From positions 2,073 through 66,072 of the forward strand of contig JAKSUC010000001.1 in the NCBI GenBank assembly GCA_024413595.1: a DNA stretch of 64,000 nt, written 5' to 3'. The notes below the pieces were generated by a model that was not told where the DNA came from, searched no databases, and saw nothing but the letters and a program-made list of their open reading frames with translations. Of this stretch, positions 8,428 through 17,604 are shown in pieces. Numbering within the stretch: position 1 is the first letter of the stretch; every line of letters begins with the position of its first letter. The position numbers were made by a program, and so were the translations under genes. The stretch is from Bacteroidales bacterium. Lineage in GTDB: Bacteria > Bacteroidota > Bacteroidia > Bacteroidales > UBA3824.

Positions 8428-10569
8428 ATGAATATTATAAAAGCATACACACGAGGATTAAAAACATCACTACGAAGTCCAAAAGTGATATTTCTCATCT
8501 ATGCAGTAACATTATTGTTTGGTCTTTCAATGGCAATACCGTTTTTATTTTCATTTAAAACGGCGATAAGTACATCATTAATAGGAGAGACGTTAACAAA
8601 AACATTAAATTTTACTACAATAACAGAATTGATTCACCACAATTATTGGGATGTATCTCCAATGTTTTTTCAATTGTTGTGGATGACTTTATTATTTTGG
8701 GTAATAAAGATTTTCTTAACAGGAGGAATAATAAGAACATACAATTACGAAGATTATAAAGTATCAACATTTTTTGCAGGTTCTGGCGTCAACTTTTTTA
8801 GATATTTGCTTTGCGATATTATAATGGTTGTAGTTTTGGTTATAACTTGCTTATTATTTTTAGGATTTATAGTGTTGATATTTAGTTTGTTTGATTCTAT
8901 TTCAGAAACAAAATGGTTTTGGGCATACGGAATAGCAGGATTTCTTTTTATAGCAGTTGCCGTATTAATGTTGATGATTTCAGATTATGCAAAAATCTAC
9001 ATGGAAATGAATAGAACATTTCGTGTATTAAAAGCAATTTGGAAGTCAACATGTTTCGTTTTTAATCATTTTATTCGTACCTATTTTCTATATTTCTTGT
9101 TATTAGTTGTTCCAATTTTAATATGTGTTTTGTATAAATTAACATTTGATAAGATTGGTATGTCAACAACTTGGGGAATAGTAGCAATGTTTTTTGTACA
9201 GCAATTTTTCATATTCTTAAGAGTTTGGTTTAGAATGTGGCATTTAGCTTCAGAATTTGAATTATTTGCAGATGATTATGTTACAGAAAAAGAACTTGAT
9301 ATTGATGAGTCAAAATATTTAGAAGAAAATTTTGTTGTAGAAAAAAATCATCCATTAGAAGATGTTGATCAAGTTACAATTGTTGTAGATCATAATGTAG
9401 ATGATGTTGTTATTGAAGGTCCAACAGATGACGAAATTATTGCAATGTCGGTTAATTCTACCAAGAAAATTGTAGAAAATAAAAATACAAAAGAAGTTTC
9501 AATAAATATAGAAGAGACTGAAAATAAAGATAATAAAGAAACATCTACACAAGAATTAACAAATCTTGTAGAGGTTAAACAATCTTCAAAAGATTCTAAA
9601 GAAAATGAAGATAGCGAAAATGTTGTATTAAAAGTAACAATTCCTTCTGAAAAATCTGATATAGAAGAAAATAAATCTGATAACGTTGAAATAGAAATTG
9701 ATAATTCAAAATCAGAAGAAAAAGAAGATGAAATTTCTATTGATTTAGAAGAAAAAATAAAAGTGGATTATTCGTCAGAAATAGCAGAAGATGACGATGA
9801 AAATGATTCGTCAGAAGTGGATTATTCGTCAGAAATAGCAGAAGATGATGATGAAAATAATTCACTAGAAGTGGATTATTCGTCAGAAATAGCAGAAGAT
9901 GATGATGAAAATAATTCACCAGAAGTGGATTATTCGTCAGAAATAGCAGAAGATGATGATGAAAATAATTCACCAGAAGTGGATTATTCGTCAGAAATAG
10001 CAGAAGATGACGAATTTGATGAAACAGCAGCAGAACAATATTTATCAGAAATTGACGAGTCAGACGAAGCAGTAGAGCCAGAAAGTGATATAGATGAAGA
10101 AATTTTAGCTCGTTTTTATGATGATGAAAGTGGAGAAAATTTTGAAGAAGAAGTTTCTGATGCAGAAGATGTTGATGAAATAGATATGCCGATAGGAGCT
10201 GCAGTTCCATTAGATTTTGAAGATGAAGAAATTGATGTTCAGTCGGAAATAAAATTAGAACCCGAAAAACAAATGGTGACATTAGTTGAAAAAACAACCA
10301 CAACAACTACCACCACCACAACAACTACAACAACAGAAACAATAGATGGAGATGGAAATCCCATTGTAAAAGAAGAAAAATCAGAAACAAAAGTTGTTAA
10401 GATAAATCCTGTAAACGACAATAATCTAGATACCGACATCACCGAAGTAGTACCCGAAGATGTAGATTTTGAAATTTATACAGGCGAAGAAACACCCGAG
10501 GATGCTTTTTCATGTTGTGATGGAGAAGATTTTGGCGAAGAAGACGATGATTCACCAGCAATGGGCTAG
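8428..10569 (+). CDS. polytopic membrane protein with a long acidic, repeat-containing C-terminal region
   Basis: The first ~290 aa contain about 7 hydrophobic helices. The remaining ~420 aa are Asp/Glu/Ser-rich and carry 18-aa tandem repeats and a run of 14 Thr. No family recognised. Confidence 0.6.
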   Translation: MNIIKAYTRGLKTSLRSPKVIFLIYAVTLLFGLSMAIPFLFSFKTAISTSLIGETLTKTLNFTTITELIHHNYWDVSPMFFQLLWMTLLFWVIKIFLTGGIIRTYNYEDYKVSTFFAGSGVNFFRYLLCDIIMVVVLVITCLLFLGFIVLIFSLFDSISETKWFWAYGIAGFLFIAVAVLMLMISDYAKIYMEMNRTFRVLKAIWKSTCFVFNHFIRTYFLYFLLLVVPILICVLYKLTFDKIGMSTTWGIVAMFFVQQFFIFLRVWFRMWHLASEFELFADDYVTEKELDIDESKYLEENFVVEKNHPLEDVDQVTIVVDHNVDDVVIEGPTDDEIIAMSVNSTKKIVENKNTKEVSINIEETENKDNKETSTQELTNLVEVKQSSKDSKENEDSENVVLKVTIPSEKSDIEENKSDNVEIEIDNSKSEEKEDEISIDLEEKIKVDYSSEIAEDDDENDSSEVDYSSEIAEDDDENNSLEVDYSSEIAEDDDENNSPEVDYSSEIAEDDDENNSPEVDYSSEIAEDDEFDETAAEQYLSEIDESDEAVEPESDIDEEILARFYDDESGENFEEEVSDAEDVDEIDMPIGAAVPLDFEDEEIDVQSEIKLEPEKQMVTLVEKTTTTTTTTTTTTTTETIDGDGNPIVKEEKSETKVVKINPVNDNNLDTDITEVVPEDVDFEIYTGEETPEDAFSCCDGEDFGEEDDDSPAMG
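9763..10013 (+). repeat. 54-nt tandem repeat, about 4.6 copies, in frame (VDYSSEIAEDDDENNSPE)
   Basis: Copies start at 9763, 9817, 9871, 9925 and 9979, exactly 54 nt apart and near-identical. Differences fall in the ENDSSE/ENNSLE/ENNSPE codons. Confidence 0.95.
10294..10335 (+). repeat. run of 14 consecutive Thr codons (mixed ACA/ACC/ACT)
   Basis: Read directly: aca acc aca aca act acc acc acc aca aca act aca aca aca. Confidence 0.95.
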
Positions 10570-10603
10570 AAGATAAAAAATTACGAAAAAAATCTATAAA
10601 AAA

Positions 10604-10638
10604 ATCCACTATACCAAATGATATAGTGGATTTTTTTA
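10604..10638. terminator. bidirectional rho-independent terminator
   Basis: ATCCACTATA (10604-10613) pairs with TATAGTGGAT (10622-10631). An A-run lies upstream and TTTTTTT downstream. It sits between convergent genes. Confidence 0.75.
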
Positions 10639-10657
10639 TGAATAAAACAAAATGAAA

Positions 10658-10957
10658 TTATTCTTGTTCAATTTCGTTAGATTCTTGATTATAAATAAGA
10701 CCGTAATTTTTTAAAGATTCAATAAAAGATTCTGGATTAATTTTTCCAGTGCGCCATAGAAACAATTCACTTTTTAAGTCTGCAATTTTGTTTTTAAGAT
10801 ATTCAATTTCTTTGCTATCCACCAAAGAATTAGAATTATTATCAGAATTATCATCTTTTTCAGCGCGTTGACGAACAATATCTTCTTTAGTAATACCTAA
10901 CGAAGTTTCAATTAAATTGTCAAGTCCGCCTTTAAAATTTTTTTTATTTTTAGCCAT
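10658..10957 (-). CDS. small ParA-associated protein with a ParB-like N-terminal peptide (no ParB/Srx or HTH domain)
   Basis: 99 aa, starting 12 nt downstream of the parA stop. The N-terminus MAKNKKNFKGGLDNLI resembles the conserved K/R-rich ..GLGRGLDALL peptide of chromosomal ParB. This is followed by an acidic linker and a heptad-like segment (EIEYLKNKIADLKSELFLW). Confidence 0.45.
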   Translation of the reverse strand: MAKNKKNFKGGLDNLIETSLGITKEDIVRQRAEKDDNSDNNSNSLVDSKEIEYLKNKIADLKSELFLWRTGKINPESFIESLKNYGLIYNQESNEIEQE

Positions 10958-10969
10958 AATTCAATACTA

Positions 10970-11719
10970 TTATGAGTGGCGTTGAAGAATTTCGTCGCAC
11001 AAAAGTTTGTAATCTTCAGCTCCTTTACATTCAGGGTCGTATCTAAAAATGTCCAGACCTTGACTAGGAGCTTCGGCAAGAGCTATATTATCGCGAATTC
11101 TAGTGTCGAAAAGTTTATCTTGAAAATAAGTGTAAATAGTTTCAACAACATCGCGATGAAGAACTTTACGTTTGTCAAATTGAGTAACAAAGACACCCGT
11201 GATTTCAACATTTTTGTTTAAACGTTTTTTAACCTTACCAATTACTTCAACAATTTTAGTTAACCCTTTAATAGCTAAATAATGAGCTTGAAGCGGAATA
11301 TAAACTTCGTCGGCAGCAGTTAAAGCATTGATAGTTAAAAGACCTAACGATGGAGGACAATCAATCAAAACGTAATCATATTCTTTAGAAATTTCAGCAA
11401 TAGATTCTCTTAAAATATATTCACGTCCAGTTTCGTTGCTAAGCTCCATTTCTGCACCAGAAAGGTCAAGAGTAGAAGGTAAAACGTCCAGATTTTCAAA
11501 AATATTGACGGCTACAGGTTTTGATTGAGATGTAAGTATTTCATATATAGAAACATCAGCTGTCGTAACGCCATAACTTTGCGTCATGTTAGCTTGAGGA
11601 TCCATATCAATAAGAAGCACTTTTTTACCTGCGCGTGCTAAACCTGCGCCAATATTTACGGTAGAAGTTGTTTTACCCACACCGCCTTTATGGTTGCTGA
11701 TTGCTATTGTGATGCTCAT
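10970..11719 (-). CDS. parA: ParA/Soj-family chromosome partitioning ATPase
   Basis: Deviant Walker A NHKGGVGKTT, LIDMDPQAN, and Walker B VLIDCPPSLG. 249 aa. Confidence 0.9.
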   Translation of the reverse strand: MSITIAISNHKGGVGKTTSTVNIGAGLARAGKKVLLIDMDPQANMTQSYGVTTADVSIYEILTSQSKPVAVNIFENLDVLPSTLDLSGAEMELSNETGREYILRESIAEISKEYDYVLIDCPPSLGLLTINALTAADEVYIPLQAHYLAIKGLTKIVEVIGKVKKRLNKNVEITGVFVTQFDKRKVLHRDVVETIYTYFQDKLFDTRIRDNIALAEAPSQGLDIFRYDPECKGAEDYKLLCDEILQRHS

Positions 11720-11746
11720 AATCTGATTTCACTTTTTTAATTAAAA

Positions 11747-11754
11747 CAAAAATA
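11747..11754 (-). promoter_or_regulatory. candidate -7 box (TATTTTTG on minus strand) for parA
   Basis: The plus strand reads CAAAAATA, 28 nt upstream of the parA ATG at 11719. Confidence 0.3.
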
Positions 11755-11894
11755 CGCATTTTATTTTAATTTGATACAAAAAATACCTAAAAAATACTCA
11801 AAAATTTTATGATTTTTTATTTTTTTGAATTTAAATCAAAAAAATGAATAAATATTTATTTTGGCTTTTATTTTGTAGCAACCCAATTTGTTAT

Positions 11895-11902
11895 TAATTT
11901 TG
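11895..11902 (+). promoter_or_regulatory. -7 promoter box (TAATTTTG) for the TonB-dependent receptor
   Basis: Matches TAnnTTTG, 23 nt upstream of the ATG at 11925. Confidence 0.4.
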
Positions 11903-11924
11903 CAATAACTATAATTGAGAATAA

Positions 11925-14309
11925 ATGCAACTAAAAAAAATATCAATACTATTATTAAGCGTTTTAATATGTCAAATACTTAAAGCCCAAGAAAATGAAA
12001 GTATGACATTAATAGAACGATCAGTCTTAGGAAAAGATAATATAATAGAGTCTCAAAATGAAGCTCGAATTTTAGTAACCGCAGCACGTTCAGAACGAAG
12101 TGCCGATAAACTGCCTGTTACATTGTATGTTATTACTCACGATGAAATAATAAAAAACGGATGTATTACATTGTGTGATGTATTAAAAAATGTACCTGGA
12201 ATAAGAGTTTCGCAACCACATTCAGGCGAAATGGGAGAAGCATTTATTCAGCGCGGAATGAAAGGAAATACTTACTCAAAAATTTTATTAAATGGAGTAG
12301 AAATTCGACCTTCAGGTTTAACGGGAATGCCCTTAGGTGCAAATATTCCTATTCGTCAAGCAGAAAAAATAGAAATAATTTATGGACCAGCAGCTGCATA
12401 TTATGGAAGTGATGCTTGCGGAGGTGTAATAAATATTGTTACCCGAGAAGCTGATAATCAATCATTAACATCAGCAGATTTGGTGATAGGTTCAGGACAA
12501 TATTCGTATCTAAACTTTCAAACAGGTGGAAAATTTGGACATGGTAGACATGTTGCTCAATTTTCTGTTTATGGTAGTCATTTAGATTATCGAGATATGA
12601 ATGTTTTTGTAGACAAAACATTACTTGATCCGTGGAACCATTTTAGACAAACAGAAGAACCTTTTAAAATAGTAGATCAAAATGGAAATAATTTAGAATT
12701 ATCAGCCGATGATGTAACTCCAGAAAATTTTCCATTAATTATGAGTCAATATCAAGCATTATATACATTTAGAATAAATTATAATGGAGAATTTAACGAA
12801 GCTAAACTCAATAAAATATCACAAGAAGCCACACAATTAGGTGCAGAATTAAAATTTCATGGATTTACATTATCATACAATATGTTTCATAGAATGGATT
12901 ATTCCTCATTAGGACTAACCCCAATGATGTATAGTTATGAAAATCCCCAAACAAAAATGGGAGAATACATTCATAGATTTTCATTATTAAATGCTTTAAA
13001 AGTACATAGAGTACAATTTAATACATCAATAAATTATATCCATTATAGAATGGATGAAAATTCATGTCAAGGAACAACCTATTCAGTTTATCCTCAATAT
13101 ATTTATGGAGCAAGTGATGATTTAATTTTTGATGAATACGCATTATGGACACCATCAAAAAAATTTAGCTTATTGTTAGGAGGTTCGTTCCAATATTCAG
13201 GAATATTACCAACAACAAATGCCTATAAAGTTAAATTTGATTTTGATTCATATAAAATGTTTTCAAAAAATGTTGATTATGAAGATCCATTGTTCAAAAA
13301 TTTTGGAATAAATCCAACAGTATACAATAGTACAGGCGTTTATTTACAATCAACCTACGATGTTTGGCGTTTGTCATTAACAGGCGGCGTAAGATATGAT
13401 TACAATTCAATTTGGGGAAATTCAATAAATCCACGAATAGCATTATTATTAACATTAACAGATAATTTAACATTAAGAGCCTCAAGAGGTTATGCTTATA
13501 AAGCACCATCATTTGAACAAATGTATGGATGTGTAGGAGTAGAAGTAGATGCCATACCAGGAGACATATCTTATCATCATATTCCAGCTGGAGATAATTT
13601 AAAACCAGAACGAATATCCGCAAATGAAATAGGATTAAGATATTATTTTAATAAAACAAATTATTCAGAAATAGTTTGGTATACCAACAGAATAAAAGAT
13701 CCATTAGCAAGAGCATGGGTTGATAAACCAGAAATTTATAGCGAAAATCGTGGCGCAATTAACGCACCAGGATCACCAGGAAATGACTATACAAGGTCAT
13801 ATATAAATGAAGAAAATTCAAATACTCGATTAAACGGATTTCAATATATAGCATTTTTTCAAGATATAGTAAAACCTATTCATCTAAATATAAAAGGAGC
13901 AACAACAATATCGTTAGGATATGAAAACTTGTCAAACGATGAAGTTGAAAATAAATCAATATTAAAAGAAAAATATATACGTCAAACTCCAAAATATATG
14001 TTTCAATTGTCGTTTGACATGGATTTATTTAAAATTATTCATTTTAAAGCAGATAATATATATTGTTCAAAATTTTCACGTAAATATTATCAAGGCAATG
14101 ATAATGAATATTATTGGTCGCCATCTTATTATGATTTAGATTTATTGTTAGCTATAAGAATTAATAATAGATTATCAGCAAATCTAAAAATAATAAATAC
14201 ATTAAATACTGCTTATGGAGGAATTGATGTTAAAGAACAAGATGTTGATTTACAATACAATCCACAACTCGGTAGATGTATACGAGTAGGTTTTTCTTAC
14301 GATTTTTAG
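11925..14309 (+). CDS. TonB-dependent outer-membrane receptor
   Basis: Signal peptide, plug-domain motifs (DKLPVTLYVITHDEI, IEIIYGPAAAYYGSDACGGVINIVT), long beta-barrel region, and a terminal aromatic residue (..RVGFSYDF). Confidence 0.85.
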   Translation: MQLKKISILLLSVLICQILKAQENESMTLIERSVLGKDNIIESQNEARILVTAARSERSADKLPVTLYVITHDEIIKNGCITLCDVLKNVPGIRVSQPHSGEMGEAFIQRGMKGNTYSKILLNGVEIRPSGLTGMPLGANIPIRQAEKIEIIYGPAAAYYGSDACGGVINIVTREADNQSLTSADLVIGSGQYSYLNFQTGGKFGHGRHVAQFSVYGSHLDYRDMNVFVDKTLLDPWNHFRQTEEPFKIVDQNGNNLELSADDVTPENFPLIMSQYQALYTFRINYNGEFNEAKLNKISQEATQLGAELKFHGFTLSYNMFHRMDYSSLGLTPMMYSYENPQTKMGEYIHRFSLLNALKVHRVQFNTSINYIHYRMDENSCQGTTYSVYPQYIYGASDDLIFDEYALWTPSKKFSLLLGGSFQYSGILPTTNAYKVKFDFDSYKMFSKNVDYEDPLFKNFGINPTVYNSTGVYLQSTYDVWRLSLTGGVRYDYNSIWGNSINPRIALLLTLTDNLTLRASRGYAYKAPSFEQMYGCVGVEVDAIPGDISYHHIPAGDNLKPERISANEIGLRYYFNKTNYSEIVWYTNRIKDPLARAWVDKPEIYSENRGAINAPGSPGNDYTRSYINEENSNTRLNGFQYIAFFQDIVKPIHLNIKGATTISLGYENLSNDEVENKSILKEKYIRQTPKYMFQLSFDMDLFKIIHFKADNIYCSKFSRKYYQGNDNEYYWSPSYYDLDLLLAIRINNRLSANLKIINTLNTAYGGIDVKEQDVDLQYNPQLGRCIRVGFSYDF

Positions 14310-14381
14310 ATTATTATAAAAAAAATTGTATTTTAAAAAAATATATTTTAGTTTTGACAAAAATTCAATCTGAAAAAACAG

Positions 14382-17099
14382 ATGATAAAATATTATAATA
14401 TTGTAAAAAAATATTTTCTAGTATTGATTTTAGCTTTGTTATCAATTCAAGTTGAAGCACAAGATCCAAAATTGATACGAGAATGTGATAGTTTGCATAA
14501 TCTTATTTCAAAAGAAAAAGATACCGCAAACTTAGCAATATTATATTATGATTTAGCCACAAGATGTTTTGATTTATATAAATATGACGAAGCCCAAAAT
14601 TATGCAGATTCATCAGCAATATATGCAGATATATCAAAAAAAATGTGGGAAACTTTAATCGAAGATTTTAGATTAATTGGAAAAATAAATGTATATATAG
14701 ATAAACCAGAAGAAGCCATTCGAAATTTTGTAAATGCACAAAAAATATTAGAAAGTCACATGCCAGACGAAGATAAAAAAGCAACGATAGAAGAAGAAAT
14801 TGCAATGGTTTATTTTAATCGAGGACATTATGAAAGAGCATTACAAAGTTTAAAAAAAGCAGAAAATTTATATATCTTAACACAGAATAAGGATAAAGAA
14901 ATTGGATTGTATAGCTATATAGCCACATGCTATCACATGTTAGAAAAAATTCCAGAAGAAATAACATACTACGAAAAATTATTAGAAGTATATAAATTAC
15001 AAAATAATCTTGATAATATGAAAGTTATGTATCAACGTTTAGGTGATTTATATATAGCAAATAAAGATTATGATAATTCACTAAATTCAAATAGAAAATT
15101 ATATGATTTGTGTTGTGAAAATAATAATATATCAGAGTCATTAAATGCTTTAAATAACTTAGCATATTGTTATGTTTGTAAAGGCGAATATAACAAAGCA
15201 ATTCAATATTATAACCAATTAATAAATTCAGATCAAAAATTTTCAAAAGACGAAAGATTAGATGCTGTATCATATACCAATTTGGGTATGTGTTATCAAA
15301 ATTTAGGAAATAAAAAAGCTTGTTTTAATTCATTAACCAAAGCAGCAGACATTAGATTAAGATATCGACAATATAAAGAATATGCAGAAATAAATAATGT
15401 AATAGCATTAATATATCTTCAAGACAAAGATTTATATAATGCAGATAATTATTCAAAAATATCTGTAAAATATGCCGACAAATCAGGAGATATAGAAGTA
15501 AGAAAAGATTGTTACGATACATATAGCAAAATTTTAAACGAGAAAGGAGAATATGAAGAGTCAATGAATGTACAAAAAAATTATTTGGCCATCAAAGATT
15601 CAGTAAATATGCAACGAGATTTTGAACAACGTCAATTAAATGACGATTACAGACAATTAATCGAAGCAGAAAAAGATCAAGGAGATATATTAGCAGAGCG
15701 TAGATTACAAAACATGGTTCAACGAGAACAAGAATTAATAATAGCTCAACGAGAACAAGAAAACCAAATGCTTTTGAAAGATAGAGATTTACAAAAAATA
15801 TTAAATCTTCAATTGCAACAAGCCAATCAAATATTATTACAAGAACAAGAAGCAATAAAAGCAAGACAAACAAAAGATTCAATAGAACGCGAGGCAGAAC
15901 GACAAAGAAGATTAATGCTAGAAACACAACAAAATTTGGAAAAGAAAAAACAACAAGCAGAAGAAGAAACCAAAAGAATAGAAGATGATTTAAAAAGAGG
16001 TCGTGAAAAAGCACTTCAATTTTCGATAATAGGTGGAATAGTTTTGTTATTATGTGTATTGGCATTAATCTTATTTAAAAGTAAAAACAAAAAACTCAAT
16101 GAACAAAAAGTAGAAATTGAGTCTAAAAATGCAGATTTGCTATTAAAAAATGAAGAAATTACAGTTCAAAAAGAAAATCTTCAAAAAGCAAATGAAAACA
16201 TTATAATGATGAACGAAGAAATCATCAGACAAAAAGAAAATGTTGAAAATGCCAATAAATCATTAACAGATAGTATCGTATATGCCAAACGAATACAACA
16301 AGCAGTGTGTCCAAAACCTGAATTTTTAAAAAATTTTAACTTAGATTATTTCATGTTTTTTAGACCAAGAGATATAGTAAGTGGAGACTTTTTTTGGTTT
16401 ACAAATATTGGAAATTACGTTTTTATAGCAGCTGCAGATTGTACAGGACATGGAGTACCAGGTGCATTTATGAGTATGTTAGGTGTTTCATTATTAAACA
16501 AAATAGTATCAGAACGCAATATTTTTAACCCAGAAGAAATATTAAATAATTTACGTACAGAAGTTAAATCTGCATTACATCAACAAACAATTGGAAATTC
16601 AAGTGCCAAAGATGGAATGGATATTTCTTTTGTAAGATTTGACCTCCAAACAAAAATATTAGCATTTTCAGGAGCAAATAACAATGGATATTTAGTTCAA
16701 AAATTTGCACCCGAAGACGAAAGTGAAGCACATAGTGGATTAGGAAAAAAAGATTTTGTTATAAAAAAAGGAACAAATTTATTAAGAATGAAGATAATGG
16801 AAGCAGATAGCATGCCAATAGGCGTATATTTAAAAGATGAAAAACCATTTTCATTATCTTCATTTCAATTAAGAAGTGGTGATAGTTTTTATTTAACAAG
16901 TGATGGATATATTGATCAATTTGGAGGAGAACATGGACGTAAATTTTTAAAACGTAATTTTGAAACTATGCTTCTTGATATGAACGACAAAGATATGGAA
17001 AGTCAGAAAAAATTTGTTGAACAAACACACGAAGAATGGTTAGGAACCAAATATACTCAACTTGACGATATAATAGTAATAGGTATAAAAATTAAATAA
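14382..17099 (+). CDS. TPR-repeat / coiled-coil / single-TM / PP2C-type (SpoIIE/RsbU-like) protein phosphatase
   Basis: N-terminal signal, then about 400 aa of TPR-like repeats and a Q/E/R-rich coiled coil. A TM helix (FSIIGGIVLLLCVLALILF) follows. The C-terminal domain has PP2C/SpoIIE motifs SGDFFW, ADCTGHGVPGAFMSMLG, DGMDIS and SDGYIDQFGG. Confidence 0.8.
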   Translation: MIKYYNIVKKYFLVLILALLSIQVEAQDPKLIRECDSLHNLISKEKDTANLAILYYDLATRCFDLYKYDEAQNYADSSAIYADISKKMWETLIEDFRLIGKINVYIDKPEEAIRNFVNAQKILESHMPDEDKKATIEEEIAMVYFNRGHYERALQSLKKAENLYILTQNKDKEIGLYSYIATCYHMLEKIPEEITYYEKLLEVYKLQNNLDNMKVMYQRLGDLYIANKDYDNSLNSNRKLYDLCCENNNISESLNALNNLAYCYVCKGEYNKAIQYYNQLINSDQKFSKDERLDAVSYTNLGMCYQNLGNKKACFNSLTKAADIRLRYRQYKEYAEINNVIALIYLQDKDLYNADNYSKISVKYADKSGDIEVRKDCYDTYSKILNEKGEYEESMNVQKNYLAIKDSVNMQRDFEQRQLNDDYRQLIEAEKDQGDILAERRLQNMVQREQELIIAQREQENQMLLKDRDLQKILNLQLQQANQILLQEQEAIKARQTKDSIEREAERQRRLMLETQQNLEKKKQQAEEETKRIEDDLKRGREKALQFSIIGGIVLLLCVLALILFKSKNKKLNEQKVEIESKNADLLLKNEEITVQKENLQKANENIIMMNEEIIRQKENVENANKSLTDSIVYAKRIQQAVCPKPEFLKNFNLDYFMFFRPRDIVSGDFFWFTNIGNYVFIAAADCTGHGVPGAFMSMLGVSLLNKIVSERNIFNPEEILNNLRTEVKSALHQQTIGNSSAKDGMDISFVRFDLQTKILAFSGANNNGYLVQKFAPEDESEAHSGLGKKDFVIKKGTNLLRMKIMEADSMPIGVYLKDEKPFSLSSFQLRSGDSFYLTSDGYIDQFGGEHGRKFLKRNFETMLLDMNDKDMESQKKFVEQTHEEWLGTKYTQLDDIIVIGIKIK

Positions 17100-17101
17100 A
17101 A

Positions 17102-17587
17102 ATGGCATACGAAATCGAACGTAAATTTATAGTTTCTGGCGAATACAAACATTTAGCAACAAGTAGTACATATATTGTGCAAGGATATATATTTTCAAAT
17201 CCAGAAAAATCTGTAAGAGTAAGAATAAAAGGAGATAAAGGTTTCATAACAATAAAAAGTTCAATATCTGATACATTGGTAACCCGTAATGAATGGGAAT
17301 ATCAAATTCCAGCAAGTGAAGCCAATGAATTATTACGTTTATGTGGTGATACAATTATTGAAAAAACAAGATATATCGTTTATTATAAAAGTATTACATT
17401 TGAAATAGACGAATTTTATGGAAAAAACGAAGGTTTACAAATAGCAGAAGTTGAATTGTCATTTGAAAACCAAATTATTGAAAAGCCTGCTTTTATAGGA
17501 AAAGAAGTTACAGGAGATTCAAAATATATAAATGCTAGTTTAGCAAAATATCCCTATTCAGAATGGAAAAAAGAAGAAAAAAAATAA
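17102..17587 (+). CDS. CYTH-domain protein (triphosphate tunnel metalloenzyme)
   Basis: N-terminal YEIERKFIV is the EXEXK signature of CYTH. 161 aa. Starts 2 nt after the phosphatase stop. Confidence 0.75.
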   Translation: MAYEIERKFIVSGEYKHLATSSTYIVQGYIFSNPEKSVRVRIKGDKGFITIKSSISDTLVTRNEWEYQIPASEANELLRLCGDTIIEKTRYIVYYKSITFEIDEFYGKNEGLQIAEVELSFENQIIEKPAFIGKEVTGDSKYINASLAKYPYSEWKKEEKK

Positions 17588-17604
17588 TTTTTCTTCTTTA
17601 AAGT

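Noticed and set aside
9737-10442. Reverse-strand ORFs 9737..10306 (189 aa) and 10239..10442 (67 aa)
   Set aside because: They lie antisense to the acidic tandem-repeat and poly-Thr region. Their repetitive, low-complexity translations (LLLFLTNNPLLVNYFHHH..., VVVVVV) mirror the sense-strand repeats, and no independent signals are present.
11720-11924. parS centromere, or a riboswitch upstream of the TonB-dependent receptor
   Set aside because: There is no TGTTTCACGTGAAACA-like palindrome and no GC-containing conserved helices. The repeated AAAAAATAC strings are low-complexity A/T sequence.
15592-16065. Reverse-strand 157-aa ORF inside the phosphatase gene
   Set aside because: It is antisense to the Q/E/R-rich coiled-coil segment. 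This is a typical shadow ORF with a leucine/phenylalanine-rich nonsense composition.
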